A stretch of DNA of 64,000 bases, taken from a virus (taxonomy: Duplodnaviria > Caudoviricetes). This document shows, piece by piece, positions 46,494 through 58,800 of this stretch. Position 1 is the stretch's first letter. The number at the start of each line of letters is the position of its first letter. Both the position numbers and the translations under genes were made by a program. The notes beneath the pieces were generated by a model. That model did not search any database. It worked only from the letters and a program-made list of their open reading frames with translations, and was not told the origin of the DNA. The stretch lies in IMG/VR virus record IMGVR_UViG_3300015214_000004, positions 1 through 64,000 of that record; one strand, written 5' to 3'.

Positions 46494-47117
46494 ATGCATA
46501 TAGGGGACATAACAAAGACCGTTGCAACAATAGCTGAATCTTATGGTAAATTTATACTGTGGAATGTAGATCAATTGAACCATGTTTATAAGTTGGTGAA
46601 TTATGATGTTTTAAAACTGCTTATAAGGAAAGCAGAAATAGACAAAATAGTATCAGCATCTTTATTGCCTTTTCAGTCTGACCCTGTAACTATAAATTTA
46701 ACATCCGGTACTGGTACGCTTCCTTCGGATTTTTATCAAAAAGCTAAAGTAACTGCAAATGGAAGGTCTGTGGACATACTTACCCAGATGGAGGACGAAG
46801 AAAGGGAAACAAGTCCTGTAAGAATGGCATCAACAAGGTATCCGACAGCAATAATATATGATGGACAAATTAGGGTAAAGCCTACAACTATTGCAAACAT
46901 ATCAATGGTATATTGGAAACGTCCGACAGACCCGGTATATGCCGTTACAGAGACAAACGGTATATTAGCATATAGCCCGTCAAGCGTACAATTTGATTAT
47001 AATGAAGAAAATTATTCTGACATAATAAGGTTTACATTAGAATATATGGGCATTGTTGTCAAGAATGAAGAAATAATCCCTTTTGTACAAAGTAAAAAAA
47101 TAGAACAACCTGTATGA
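46494..47117 (+). CDS. Tail ring / head-tail connector protein, paralog 1
   Basis: GTGTLPSDF..IRVKPTTI..YWKRPTDPVY. Confidence 0.6.
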   Translation: MHIGDITKTVATIAESYGKFILWNVDQLNHVYKLVNYDVLKLLIRKAEIDKIVSASLLPFQSDPVTINLTSGTGTLPSDFYQKAKVTANGRSVDILTQMEDEERETSPVRMASTRYPTAIIYDGQIRVKPTTIANISMVYWKRPTDPVYAVTETNGILAYSPSSVQFDYNEENYSDIIRFTLEYMGIVVKNEEIIPFVQSKKIEQPV

Positions 47118-47773
47118 ACGTCAGTCAAGCATATTATATAGTAAATACGCTCAGAAAGGATAAATTTAATGTCCCTGAGATCATAAAAGAAGAATTTAAT
47201 GACCTTCTTTTGTTTTCTAATGATTCATATTTTACAAGATTATTTGCACAAAAAAAAGCAGAAGCCGAAAAGATGTCAATTACATTTGAAGAATATCTGT
47301 CAAAAGATGAAGATTTCAGGCCATTAAAAAAGACCGAGACAATAGCGCTTACAACTGGGGTTGGAAACCTCCCTTCCGATTACCATAAATACATCTATGT
47401 AAGAAACGCATCAATAGGGGCAACTGTGGTACAAAGCCATGTAGATATTGTAAGCGACAAAGAACTTATAGAGGGGGCGTATAATGTTTTTGGTTTAATG
47501 GAATATCATCCAAAAATCGTAATTGATGGTGCTTCTATAAAAGTATTACCAAGTAATATAACAAGTATTGGACTTACATATATTAAAAACCCGGCTACAC
47601 CGGTATACGGTGAAGCATACAATGCGACATCTGGGCTTAACGAATATGCTGCCGGAAGTTCTACGCAATGGGAATGGGGGGAAAGGAACCATGTAAACAT
47701 ATTGCTTGAAATATTTAATTTAATGAATTTGTCTGTATCGTTGGACGATGTTAAAAAATACGTAGAGAAATGA
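47114..47773 (+). CDS. Tail ring / connector protein, paralog 2
   Basis: GVGNLPSDY..IKVLPSNI..YIKNPATPVY. Confidence 0.6.
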   Translation: MNVSQAYYIVNTLRKDKFNVPEIIKEEFNDLLLFSNDSYFTRLFAQKKAEAEKMSITFEEYLSKDEDFRPLKKTETIALTTGVGNLPSDYHKYIYVRNASIGATVVQSHVDIVSDKELIEGAYNVFGLMEYHPKIVIDGASIKVLPSNITSIGLTYIKNPATPVYGEAYNATSGLNEYAAGSSTQWEWGERNHVNILLEIFNLMNLSVSLDDVKKYVEK

Positions 47774-48510
47774 CATTAGCGCAAATATATAAACTTATAA
47801 ACCTTGTCTCATTAAAAGAGAACAATGGCAACCTGTTTAAGATATATGACATGAACAATGCCATTATAGGTATTGATAGTGAATTTCTCTTAGATAATAT
47901 TAAAGAATATGAAAAATACCAAGACAACCCTAAAGTAAAACAATCTGTACTTGCCGGGAAGTCAATAAACGAATTAATAACACCAAGTGACATTATTATG
48001 ACATTAGGGGCAGGTACATTGCCTTCAAATTACGGTTATTTTAAATCAGCAACCGGTATATACAATGGTTCGTTAAGGGAAGTGGAATTGGTAACAGAAG
48101 AAGAAAAATCACACAGGCTAACAAACAGGTTCTCAAAATTAGTTGAAAGATACCCTATTTGTACTATCCGGGGCACATCAATAAACGTATGGCCTAAAAC
48201 AATTACACCTTTAAGCATACTGTATTACAGAAAACCGACAACGCCATATTTAGATTATTACATAAATTCAAATGACAGGGAAACTGTATTGGCAGTTGGG
48301 ACAAGCCATTTGTTGACCACAAACGAAGAAGGGTCTGAAGGACAGACGGCGGGGACAACCGTAAATTCACTTACAGTAGAGTTAAGTTACCATGAAGACC
48401 TTCATATGAAATATGTGTATAAAATATTATCTATGTTAGGAGTAAGGATAAATTATCCACAATTGGTACAGTATTCAGAAGCAATGCAACAAAAATCTAA
48501 AGAAGAATGA
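47770..48510 (+). CDS. Tail ring / connector protein, paralog 3
   Basis: GAGTLPSNY..INVWPKTI..YYRKPTTPY. Confidence 0.6.
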   Translation: MTLAQIYKLINLVSLKENNGNLFKIYDMNNAIIGIDSEFLLDNIKEYEKYQDNPKVKQSVLAGKSINELITPSDIIMTLGAGTLPSNYGYFKSATGIYNGSLREVELVTEEEKSHRLTNRFSKLVERYPICTIRGTSINVWPKTITPLSILYYRKPTTPYLDYYINSNDRETVLAVGTSHLLTTNEEGSEGQTAGTTVNSLTVELSYHEDLHMKYVYKILSMLGVRINYPQLVQYSEAMQQKSKEE

Positions 48511-49130
48511 CAATAGAGCAGACTGTTGACATATTGAGTTCAAGATTAAAAGAAATTGATGAAACATCGCAATTTCATCCTGAGACAATTAGGATTGCAA
48601 TGTCGTTTATATGGGGACAACAAATATCTGATATAATTGCAAAAGGAGATATTAACAATCTTGATTATTATGCAAAAGAACATACTAATCAAATAGCCTC
48701 ACTTGATAATATTACAGGGGAATACTACATAGAACTTCCCGTTTCAATTGTACCTACCATAAATGACAAAGACATTCAAAAAGCAGTACGAAATTTAAAT
48801 TTTGTTGGGGGTAGAGGCCTTAATTTTATACCTGTGTCATCAAAACAGTATTCATTATATTCTGGCCAAGACGTTTTAAGTATTATTTCTAATAAGATGT
48901 TTTATGTAGTAAGGCATGACAAAATTATATTTGTAGGAGGCGTTTCAACTGCAAATGCCGCAATATTGACAAGTACAGGTATTAGATACGATCTTGTACA
49001 GTCATTGGACAATTACGGTTATACCGAAAACTTCATGGCGCCAGGTGGAAAATTTGAGGATTTTCTTTTAAAGACTATTAATTATCTTATGGGGACACCG
49101 CCGAAAGATTTATTAAACAATAATGCATAA
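48507..49130 (+). CDS. Putative tail/adaptor protein
   Basis: Position in the ring-gene operon. Confidence 0.45.
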   Translation: MTIEQTVDILSSRLKEIDETSQFHPETIRIAMSFIWGQQISDIIAKGDINNLDYYAKEHTNQIASLDNITGEYYIELPVSIVPTINDKDIQKAVRNLNFVGGRGLNFIPVSSKQYSLYSGQDVLSIISNKMFYVVRHDKIIFVGGVSTANAAILTSTGIRYDLVQSLDNYGYTENFMAPGGKFEDFLLKTINYLMGTPPKDLLNNNA

Positions 49131-49852
49131 TGGCACACATAACAGCATATAAAACATTAGATGATATTATTAAAACTGCATTGGACAGGGCAGAGGAAGA
49201 CATATCAAAATATATAAAATATTATGATTTAGCCGTAGAATGCTATACAAATTTACGGCTGAACCATATAAAAGAAGGTGATGTAGTAGAAAAGTTAAGT
49301 GTTAATTCCAATTTAAAAACAGTTGATTTCCCTGACGATATGGTTGACTATATTGCCATTGGTATACCAATAAACGGAGAATTGTGGACATTTACAAAAA
49401 AACATGGGCTTATAAAAACCACATCATATGCCAATGGCCAGTATTACTATGATACAGATATTGGAGAAGGGGAAGATATCTTGCAAGACAATGATGATGG
49501 GTATAGCGCAAGGGGTGGCGTAAATACAGAGGGGTATTTTGATGTTGATTTCAAAGAAAAAAGATTTGTGCTAAAAAACACTACCGCAACGACAGTTTGG
49601 TTGGCGTATATTACCAGGGGTATTGACCTTAGCCAGACGGAACAATATATCAATATAAAATATGAAAAATGTATTATATCATATATAATATGGCAATCAG
49701 AAGTATATGTTAAAGGAGTGGCCGCAAACCGGTTATTGCATTTGGAACGTCAATATGAGCAACAATTAAAAGATTTAAGAAATTCTGAGATCAATTTAGG
49801 TGCAATATTAGATTTGTTTTATGAATTATATCATTTACAGCGTAGGTTATGA
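49130..49852 (+). CDS. Putative tail/adaptor protein
   Basis: TVDFPDDMVDY motif related to the ring proteins, and operon position. Confidence 0.45.
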   Translation: MAHITAYKTLDDIIKTALDRAEEDISKYIKYYDLAVECYTNLRLNHIKEGDVVEKLSVNSNLKTVDFPDDMVDYIAIGIPINGELWTFTKKHGLIKTTSYANGQYYYDTDIGEGEDILQDNDDGYSARGGVNTEGYFDVDFKEKRFVLKNTTATTVWLAYITRGIDLSQTEQYINIKYEKCIISYIIWQSEVYVKGVAANRLLHLERQYEQQLKDLRNSEINLGAILDLFYELYHLQRRL

Positions 49853-52800
49853 GGCAAATAGTCGATAAAATACAGTTTGTACAAGGACGGTTAAACAGTG
49901 ATGTTGATGTAGAACTTATGCCAAAAGGGGACAGTCCGGTAGACCCGTCACAGCAAAATTCAGGTAGGCTTAACCTTGCACATTTAGATGGCAATTTAGG
50001 GGTGTTGTCAACATTAAAAGGATCAACACAGATCAGCATATCTGGAATATTTTACGTTTCAATTATGGGGAGCAAATATTACGAAGAAGATAATTCACTT
50101 ATAGTATTTTTAAACGATTTTAGCCGTGGTGTAATTGTGAAAATATCTAATTCGGGAGTGGTCAGTGTAATATATAATGCTACATCCGTTGGTGGCCAAT
50201 CATTAAATTTTACAACAGATGTTATAAAAAACATTATAATAATAGGAAGTGGGGATGATGCTCAGTTAATATGGATAAGCAAAGTAAACCCTCCGAGATG
50301 TATAAATATAGCACAAATAATAGCAAACCCTACGACAACACCAATAGACCTTGCTTTAGATTCACCGGTAACATTGCCGGGTGTAACAATAGGAAGTGAT
50401 ACGCTTATAGGGACAAATAACCTTTATAACAAAGGATATCAATTTTCTATTAAGTATGTTTATTTTGACGGGAAAGAAAGTTCTTGGTCTGATTGGACAG
50501 AACCGGTGTACCCTGCATTTGTATATGAAGGGTATAATGGAGTAGCCAATAATAACCTTACAGCATACAACAAACTTATCATAACACATACAGGCATACC
50601 GATAGGCGTTGTCTCTGTAAAAATAGCATATAGGTATGTGGATATAGGAAACGGCGTAGCGGGTGCGTGGTATTTGTATGATACTGTTGATGTGGTTGGA
50701 TCATCTATTACTTATGATTTTTATGACAATAAAATAAAAACACCGGTAGATGTAGACGATATATTTACACAATACTATGATGTGCCTTTGTATGGTTCTG
50801 ATATACAGATTTTAAAAGATAATAAATTAGCCATATCAGATCCGGTATTGGGATATGACAATGTTGATATTAACATATCGCTTGTTACGCTATACAAAGA
50901 AATATCGCAACAAGTAATATATAGTAATTCATATTATATATATGACGGGACATCACAAAATGTCAGCATATCATTAACAGCAAACACATCGGTAATTTTT
51001 ATATTTTATTTAGATGAGGGCGCTACTGCAAATAGTTTTCATGTAGTAATAAATGTAGGGGACATAAATAATGATTATTCATATCAATTAGCTAAAGCGG
51101 TAAATGAATCTGCGTTAAACGTTGGTGTAACAGCCACAAGGATGTCCAAAAATGTTGTCAGGTTTACAACAAGTGCGATATACGACACAACAGTAAGACA
51201 ACTTGTTATAAGAAATTCATCATTAAGAAATAAGTCACAAAAAACCGGGGCTATTCATTATTTTGCATTGGCATACACATATGATAATAAAAACAGAAAA
51301 GGAAGGGCAAATATATCATCAAGTTCATACATATCTATACCATACTGGCCTGATCTTAATTTACCATTAACATATGATGGCTATCATATAGCTGTTGGTT
51401 ATGAAATAATAAATACTGCCCCAACGGGCGCTACCGCATGGGAATTATTATACGGAGGTTCAAATATAGCCGCATATTATTCATTGCCTGTGGTGTGTAA
51501 TTCAGTTGATTCAGGAGATATAGCGGATATTACATATGATGGTGGGTTTATTTATATAGATGTAAATGCTGCTGACAACAGGATATTAGCTGAAAATACA
51601 AAATATAGCACACTAATTACATTTGATGCAAGAAAAGGGGACCGGGTAAGGTTTAAGGCTAAAGGGTATAGGGAAATAGGAAGTTTAATAGATGACATGG
51701 ATTTGTTTACAAACAATATAGACCTTGAAATAATAGATGTTGATGAAAATGGTGTGATCAAAATAGAATCAAATGTTGTAGATGAAATATCAAATGAATT
51801 AAATGATATTATTGGAGACGGTAGTTACGATGTAATAACAATAGAAGTTTACAGAATAGATAAAGAAATATCGGCGGATAACCTTGAATATGTTTCAATA
51901 GGGCATAAAGGTATTGTGTCGGGAGGATATCATTATCATGATTCAGAAAGCGGTACATGGTACAGAAATTCAGACCAAACAGTGTTTACTCCAAGAAACC
52001 AAACAGCATCGTTGTCATGTAGGGGAATAGTTATATGTGACAATTTTCATTTGTTTGGAAACATGTATCCTATGTACCAAAGTGGTGACATAAAAACAAT
52101 GTCTCTTGTTCGGTCAGGCATAGAAACCAACAAAGCATCGTTATCATATAATTCAAGATATCAGGGAGGTAAAGTAAACTATGTCGATTCACAGGCAAAA
52201 CAAAGGACAATAAGAGGGGTAAAGTTTGGGGGGGCATATAGCGAAGATGGATTAATATATAATGAACTAAACAAATTTATGCCTGACACTGATTTGGTTG
52301 ACCTGACAGATAGTTATGGAGATGTGTGCGGATTGGAACTTGTAGGGTTTACATTAAAGGCATTTCAGCAATCAAAAGTTACATCAATAGGAAACAGGGT
52401 AAATGAGAATTTCAATGCAGATGGAACCAGTTACCAGGTAGCTATAAATGAGACATTGGGAGAGCCAAGACAAATGATAGATGACTATGGTACTGTGTTT
52501 TCAAAATCAATAGTCAAAAAAGACAGCTATGTTTATTTTTATGACATTCACAATTATTGCCCAGTAAGGAATGCCCCAAACGGGAACCAAGAGATAACAT
52601 ACGGAATGTCAAATTTCTGGAAGGCAAGGTCAAAAGCATTGCTTGCTTCCGGGATAAGTAATTTAAAAGTACACGCTGTTTATGATTATATACTTGACAT
52701 GTATGTCTTGACAGTAATAGACAACGCCAATTCATCAAATAGTTTTACATTGGGGTTTTGTGAAGCGAACAGTAGATGGGGCAACACATTGCCTGGGTGG

Positions 52801-53337
52801 TATTCATTTTTTAGTTATCTTCCAGATGGTTATGCGAATATGTCCAGGAACAGGATGTTCTTTTGGAAGAACAATATATTTCATGAAATGCATGTAAACA
52901 GTGTAAGAAATAATTTCTTGACAGAACAGTCATCGTCATATATTACAATAGTATCAAACGAGGCATTGGGCATAATGAAGGTGTTTGAATCAATATGGAT
53001 AAACAGTAATAGTTCATTATGGGAATCGCCAAATAACACAGACATTATCATACATGAAGACGGAGGTACATACAGAGACCAAGATGGACGTACAAGACAT
53101 AAAATAAAAATGCAATCAAGGTTAAAATCTACATTGTTTAAACCAATAGAAGGAATGTTTAAAGCAGGGTATTTGAAGAACCTTATTTCATCAAGTTCAA
53201 CGCCAAAACAATCTGATTTGTACCGTGGTGATGTTTTAAGGGGCAGGTATTTAAAACAGACACTAAGGAATACAGCGACAACGGGAGTCCATTTAAGGGA
53301 CGTGACTATAATTTCAAGTGCAAGCGAAGGAAATTAG
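49849..53337 (+). CDS. Tail stabilization / nozzle-type protein (P22 gp10-like)
   Basis: N-terminal GRLNSDVD..LMPKG, beta-rich composition and C-terminal GDVLRGRYL. Confidence 0.65.
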   Translation: MRQIVDKIQFVQGRLNSDVDVELMPKGDSPVDPSQQNSGRLNLAHLDGNLGVLSTLKGSTQISISGIFYVSIMGSKYYEEDNSLIVFLNDFSRGVIVKISNSGVVSVIYNATSVGGQSLNFTTDVIKNIIIIGSGDDAQLIWISKVNPPRCINIAQIIANPTTTPIDLALDSPVTLPGVTIGSDTLIGTNNLYNKGYQFSIKYVYFDGKESSWSDWTEPVYPAFVYEGYNGVANNNLTAYNKLIITHTGIPIGVVSVKIAYRYVDIGNGVAGAWYLYDTVDVVGSSITYDFYDNKIKTPVDVDDIFTQYYDVPLYGSDIQILKDNKLAISDPVLGYDNVDINISLVTLYKEISQQVIYSNSYYIYDGTSQNVSISLTANTSVIFIFYLDEGATANSFHVVINVGDINNDYSYQLAKAVNESALNVGVTATRMSKNVVRFTTSAIYDTTVRQLVIRNSSLRNKSQKTGAIHYFALAYTYDNKNRKGRANISSSSYISIPYWPDLNLPLTYDGYHIAVGYEIINTAPTGATAWELLYGGSNIAAYYSLPVVCNSVDSGDIADITYDGGFIYIDVNAADNRILAENTKYSTLITFDARKGDRVRFKAKGYREIGSLIDDMDLFTNNIDLEIIDVDENGVIKIESNVVDEISNELNDIIGDGSYDVITIEVYRIDKEISADNLEYVSIGHKGIVSGGYHYHDSESGTWYRNSDQTVFTPRNQTASLSCRGIVICDNFHLFGNMYPMYQSGDIKTMSLVRSGIETNKASLSYNSRYQGGKVNYVDSQAKQRTIRGVKFGGAYSEDGLIYNELNKFMPDTDLVDLTDSYGDVCGLELVGFTLKAFQQSKVTSIGNRVNENFNADGTSYQVAINETLGEPRQMIDDYGTVFSKSIVKKDSYVYFYDIHNYCPVRNAPNGNQEITYGMSNFWKARSKALLASGISNLKVHAVYDYILDMYVLTVIDNANSSNSFTLGFCEANSRWGNTLPGWYSFFSYLPDGYANMSRNRMFFWKNNIFHEMHVNSVRNNFLTEQSSSYITIVSNEALGIMKVFESIWINSNSSLWESPNNTDIIIHEDGGTYRDQDGRTRHKIKMQSRLKSTLFKPIEGMFKAGYLKNLISSSSTPKQSDLYRGDVLRGRYLKQTLRNTATTGVHLRDVTIISSASEGN

Positions 53338-53360
53338 TAAATTTGTAAAAATTAAAAGAT

Positions 53361-54605
53361 ATGCCATTAGATCGTTCATTATTTGGAACAAGGGTAAGCA
53401 AAGGACATGTTTATGAAACATGGGAAGATTTATATAGCGCAATAGAACGAGGTGAAATAAATCCTCATACTGAATATTATGATATATATCAAAGAGGACT
53501 TATTAATAAAAAAACAAAAGAACAAGAAGCGAAAGCAAGGTATGACAAATACGAAGCAAGACAAAACCAAGAAAAAGAAATAGACAAAAGGGAAGCTAAA
53601 CAAGATGCTGCTGATGCTGCAATAAATAAAATATTTGAAAACTTTCCTCAATTAGCAGACAACCAACCATTCATAGATGAACTTCAAAAAGGGCTTGAAA
53701 AACAAGGAAAAACATTAGCTGATGTTTACACTAACATACAAAAGGAAGGCGGCACATATCTTGACCGTTTAGCAAAATCAGTAGGGTCGTCAAAACAAGA
53801 ATTAAAAAGAAGCGAAACAACGGCACAGCAGGGTATAGATAAAGGCCTTGACATATACCGTAACCTTGCAAAAAGAACAACTGTTCCCGGAGAACAAAAT
53901 ATACGTGACACTATTTCTGAAAGTAGCGCATCTGCAATTTCCGATATAAAAAAATACGGAGGCGGTAGAGGGTTAAGTGCGCTTACAGAAGTATATAAAA
54001 ATAAAATGGCGCAAGAAAGGGAGTTGGGCATTCAAAATGCAAATTATCAGACACAAATGGATTTGCAGTTAGCGGGAGCAGAAACGTCTGCCGGGATGTC
54101 TATGGCAGATATAATAGCCCGGAATGCAATATCAAGCACTAATTTGTCGTCAACATTATATGGTGCGCAAAGCGATTATTTAAATAAGTTGTCTACCGCA
54201 AAAACAAATATTGCACAACAAGAAGGCAATATGGCCACAACAATGTATGGGGTAAACACAGAAAACCAAATGAACCAGTTTATGTATGGTAAAGATGGGA
54301 TGGCAAAGACACAAGCCCAATTAGGATGGGAACAAACAAAATATCAAATAAATGACCCATTTTCAGCACGTATGCAGATGTTCGGTGAAGATATGGGGTT
54401 TGCGTATGCAGAAATGATGAGGGCTATACAGCAAAGAAATGCAAATAACAAATTGCTTACAGATACTTTATTAGGTGGTTTAAAGCTAATAGACCCATCA
54501 AAAGTAAGTAGTTTTTTAAATTTTAATTCAAATCAATCAGGTAAAATAATACCTTATGATTATACATTACCGGGAAACAATAATCAAGATATATTACCAA
54601 CATAA
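53361..54605 (+). CDS. Putative internal virion (ejection) protein
   Basis: Gln/Ala/Met-rich helical protein after the tail genes. Confidence 0.55.
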   Translation: MPLDRSLFGTRVSKGHVYETWEDLYSAIERGEINPHTEYYDIYQRGLINKKTKEQEAKARYDKYEARQNQEKEIDKREAKQDAADAAINKIFENFPQLADNQPFIDELQKGLEKQGKTLADVYTNIQKEGGTYLDRLAKSVGSSKQELKRSETTAQQGIDKGLDIYRNLAKRTTVPGEQNIRDTISESSASAISDIKKYGGGRGLSALTEVYKNKMAQERELGIQNANYQTQMDLQLAGAETSAGMSMADIIARNAISSTNLSSTLYGAQSDYLNKLSTAKTNIAQQEGNMATTMYGVNTENQMNQFMYGKDGMAKTQAQLGWEQTKYQINDPFSARMQMFGEDMGFAYAEMMRAIQQRNANNKLLTDTLLGGLKLIDPSKVSSFLNFNSNQSGKIIPYDYTLPGNNNQDILPT

Positions 54606-55876
54606 TGGCATATACACCTATACAACCGCTTCCAATAACCGAAAACCCGTTGCTTAAAATAGCATCGGAGGGACTTTCATATATCCGCCAAGTCAATGAG
54701 ATCAAGAGACAGGAAAACCAAAAAAGGCAGGAAGAAATAATAAAGTTATTGCGTGATGTTGACTTTCCAACAGCAATGGAGATGGTCAATAAAAAAAAGC
54801 AGATGGAAATATTTAAAGCAGGTGAAAATGCTTTGATGTCTACGCTTGCAAAGTCTGCAAAAAACAATGGAATGATAAGTATGCAAGACCGGTTGGAGCA
54901 AGAAAGGATTGTAAGGACATTAGAACAGGAACTAACATCTATTAAACAAGGAGAAGACAAGTTTAAAAAAAAGATGGAGGAAATTGCAAAATCTCCGGGG
55001 CAGTATACTTTGGAAAGCATGAATAAGTTTAATGACCTATATTTAAAAGAAGGAGAATATAGGGAAGACATATTACAATATACCCCTGTCCCATTTTCTG
55101 TAGTTGAAAACGGGTTTTATACAATGTTTAAAGACGGAGTAAAGGATGTACAGACAGTTGAAAATGGAAAAGAAGTTACGAGGCAAATAATTGATATGCC
55201 AGATAGTGAAAAGCAGGCAAATTATGAAGCTATAAGAAATAAGATGCCTGGTGTTGCAGAATATGAAATACAGACATTCCGTGCATTGAAAGAAAATGAC
55301 CCTGCCATGTACAACAAGTACAAACAAGAAGGCATAGACGAAAAGACAGCAGCAAATATGTGGGCAATGGATGAAGTGGCAACTAAATTAGGTACAGGAA
55401 GGGTAACGGATATTAGGCCGTATGAGCCGAAAAAAACTAACGATGAAAACGATAGACCATTATTAAAAATGACTGAAAGAGAAGATGGTTTTAAAGTATG
55501 GCATGGAGGAACACAAGCAAAACCATTTAACGGAACAATAACAACTATTGATGGTAAAAAAGAGATTGTAAGCAATGGAAGGCTTACTGAAGTTTATCAA
55601 GGAAGCGATGGAAAATCATACGCTGTTATCATAAACAATAAGAAAGGCGTTGCTGAACCAAAATTAACAGGTGATCCTGATACGGATAAAACTATACGTG
55701 CATTGACGGCTGCTTTTGGTGGCAAAGAAACAACTATAACAGAAGAAATAATTATCCCATACGAAGGTAATCAGGAGCTTATAAAAGGAGCTTATAATTT
55801 AGAAAATGCTTATCTGCTTGATAAACAAACCTCATCTTCAACTAAATTTAAAGGTGTCCCAAAAGGAGGGTTTTAA
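54605..55876 (+). CDS. Putative internal virion protein
   Basis: Helical protein ending KFKGVPKGGF, just before the large cargo gene. Confidence 0.5.
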   Translation: MAYTPIQPLPITENPLLKIASEGLSYIRQVNEIKRQENQKRQEEIIKLLRDVDFPTAMEMVNKKKQMEIFKAGENALMSTLAKSAKNNGMISMQDRLEQERIVRTLEQELTSIKQGEDKFKKKMEEIAKSPGQYTLESMNKFNDLYLKEGEYREDILQYTPVPFSVVENGFYTMFKDGVKDVQTVENGKEVTRQIIDMPDSEKQANYEAIRNKMPGVAEYEIQTFRALKENDPAMYNKYKQEGIDEKTAANMWAMDEVATKLGTGRVTDIRPYEPKKTNDENDRPLLKMTEREDGFKVWHGGTQAKPFNGTITTIDGKKEIVSNGRLTEVYQGSDGKSYAVIINNKKGVAEPKLTGDPDTDKTIRALTAAFGGKETTITEEIIIPYEGNQELIKGAYNLENAYLLDKQTSSSTKFKGVPKGGF

Positions 55877-55878
55877 TT

Positions 55879-58800
55879 ATGCCAAATAATCAAATATATA
55901 ATTTTTTAAAAGAAAATGGTCTTACAGAAAAGAGTGAGACTGATTTCATAAATGAATATTCTAACCCGAACAAAGCAAATGAACTATATTTGTTTTTTAA
56001 AGAAAATAATCTTACACAAAAAAATAGCGATGAGTTTTATAATGAATATTTAAAAAAAAAAGAAGATGGTTTCCGTACTGTGGCAGAAAAAGGGGCAACG
56101 CAAAAAGAACTTGAAAAAAATATTGGTGCAGAATTTGAAAAACCTATTGAGATTCTTGAAGCAGAATCAAATATACTTACAGCTAAAAACAAAGATTTAA
56201 ATTTTGTAAAACGGGCGACAGAACCAGACAAATACCCTTCATTACAAACGGAAGATGGGAAAGAGAAAACGCATAAACTTGAATGGGGCGATGATGGAGT
56301 TGGTAATTATTATGTATATCCCACGATAATACAAGATAAAAAAACAGGCGAATTAAAAGAACTTAATAGTAAAGATGCTTTTAATTATGCTATGGAAAGT
56401 GGTGAATATATAAAAACAGATTCTCCGCAAACAGCAGAATATTATAAAAACAATGGGTTGTTAAATAGAGAACAATTGCCCGAACAGTCAGATACGTCAG
56501 AAGGGTTTAGAACAATACATGAAAAAATAAACGCACCAAATGTAAATGATAAAATTGAGGCAACAGATATCCCAGAATATATTACGACTATAAAAAATAA
56601 GTATAAAGAATATGAAAGTGGCGAATTTCAGAAAAAGGCAGAAAAAGGTGAAATAGATAAACCGCCCAAAATAGAAGGTGATATTAAGATAATGGATGAC
56701 AAACAAATCCCATTATCAGCAGAGGTATTTGATTATGAAGATAAGTCAAAACAAAAACCAGGAAGTTCCCTTGAATATATTTTAGAAAAAGGATATAACC
56801 AATCTATGATAGGATTGGCAGATGCCATACACAACAAAAATTACCGTATAAACCCTGAATATCTTGAAAAATATGATGCGAATACATTAGAGAACACATT
56901 AGCAACAGCGTTTGGATTTATACTTGATGCTCCGTTTTTTTGGATGGGGGGCAAAGCAGGGTCAACGGCTGCTAAGCCCATTGTGAATAAAATAGTAAAT
57001 AACGGCACGCAAAAACTTGTCAATTCAGGTATTGAACGAAAAGTGGCTGAACAGATAGCAAAAAAATCAATGGCAAAATTAACAGGGGCTATAAATAGCA
57101 TGGCTTCATCTGGTGTTGCATTAGGTTCTTATGGCTTTACTATGGGCGCAATGGAACAATGGGCTGACCCTGAAAATGATTTTAAAGATATAGAATGGTC
57201 ACAAGCATTGGCAAGAGGGGGTAAAGATTTTTTATTAGGCACATCGGTAGGATTGATTGGTTCACAATTTGCAAATTTGGGTAAAGCTGCACAAAGAATA
57301 GAATCTCCAATAACAAGGAAAACAATTCAGACAGCATTAGTTCCTACTGCAATTACAGCAGAAAATACAGTATTTATTTATGGGGGGGCTTTATTGGATG
57401 GCCGTAAATTAAGCGATGTTACTGCAAAAGAGTTTTTAGAAGGCGAATTATTATTGGGAGTATTGAAAGCTAAAGAACCTATAAAATTTGCCAAAGATTT
57501 TAAACGTTCATTAAAATACGAAAATGAAAAAGCAGGGAAGGGCATTTATGAAATAGATTTAACGCAATCTGAATTGAATGATCTGAAATATAAAAACTAT
57601 GATGAAGCGATAACAGACCTTTCAAAAAATGATGCAAAACTTACAGAGGTTTTTAAGGATAAAGATATTCCTGCTATAACAAAGGCAAAATTATTATGGG
57701 GATCAAGAGGTATTAAATGGGAAAAGAATTTTTATGCAGATTATACATATGCGGAAGGGAATGAAGTAAAAACATTTAATAAAGAAGGGGTTTTGTTAGA
57801 TAAAGAAGCATTTACATCAAAAGAAGAAGCAAACAGCATTGCTATGGAAAGGCAGTCAATGATTGAAAATTCAAAGAAATTGCAGCAAGCAGCGTCATTG
57901 ACAGAAAGTGACAAGGCTAAAGTGATAAACAATATAAGCGTTGAAGCAGAACCTTTGAACGATGCTTTAAGGAAAAGCCCGCAACAAAGGACTGCCGAAG
58001 AAAGAAAAATGGTAAGCGATTTTAATAAAGAAGTTGATAAGATAATTGTAGATGCACAGAAAAAAGGGTTGTACGAACCGATTCCAGAGTTAAGATTAAG
58101 CGATGAAACATTATACACATTAAATAAAATAGAAGACAAAGAACCTGTAATTAACCAAAGAATTAAAGATGCGGCAAATGAATTGTTCAGGGAATATCAA
58201 AGGATTGGTAAATTAAAAGAAATACCTGGTAGAAAAAATACAATTGAACAATTAAATGAAAGCCGTGCGTTTCTTGAAAAAGAAATTACCCGATTAGACA
58301 ATATGGTGAAAGAACAAGAGAACACAAGAAAGTTTGTTAAAGATGATATGAATGAAACTTTTAATAAACAAGAAAAACCAAAAGAAATAAAGAAAGATGA
58401 GATTAAGTTCGAAGAAAAGACAGAAGTTAAAGGAGTTGAAAAGCCTGTTGATATAATTAGAAAGCCAGATGCAAAAACAGAAACATTAAAAGAAGAATTA
58501 GTCCAATTTGGTGATGAAATGCCAGCTAAAAAATCAATGGTCAATTTCTTAAAATCTGATCCTGAGAATACATTTACAACACCAATTGTGAAAAACGGTG
58601 AAAAAATAGGTGACATTACCATTGATAAAAAAGACAAGACATGGGACGTAAAGTGGATAGAAATAGACCCTGATAAACGTGATCATGGCAACGGGAAAGA
58701 TACATACAGGAAAATGAACGAACTTGCCCAAAAAGAAGGAAAGGTGCTTCAATCAGACACGAAACCAAAGTTAAATACAGAGACGGCAGGATATGTATGG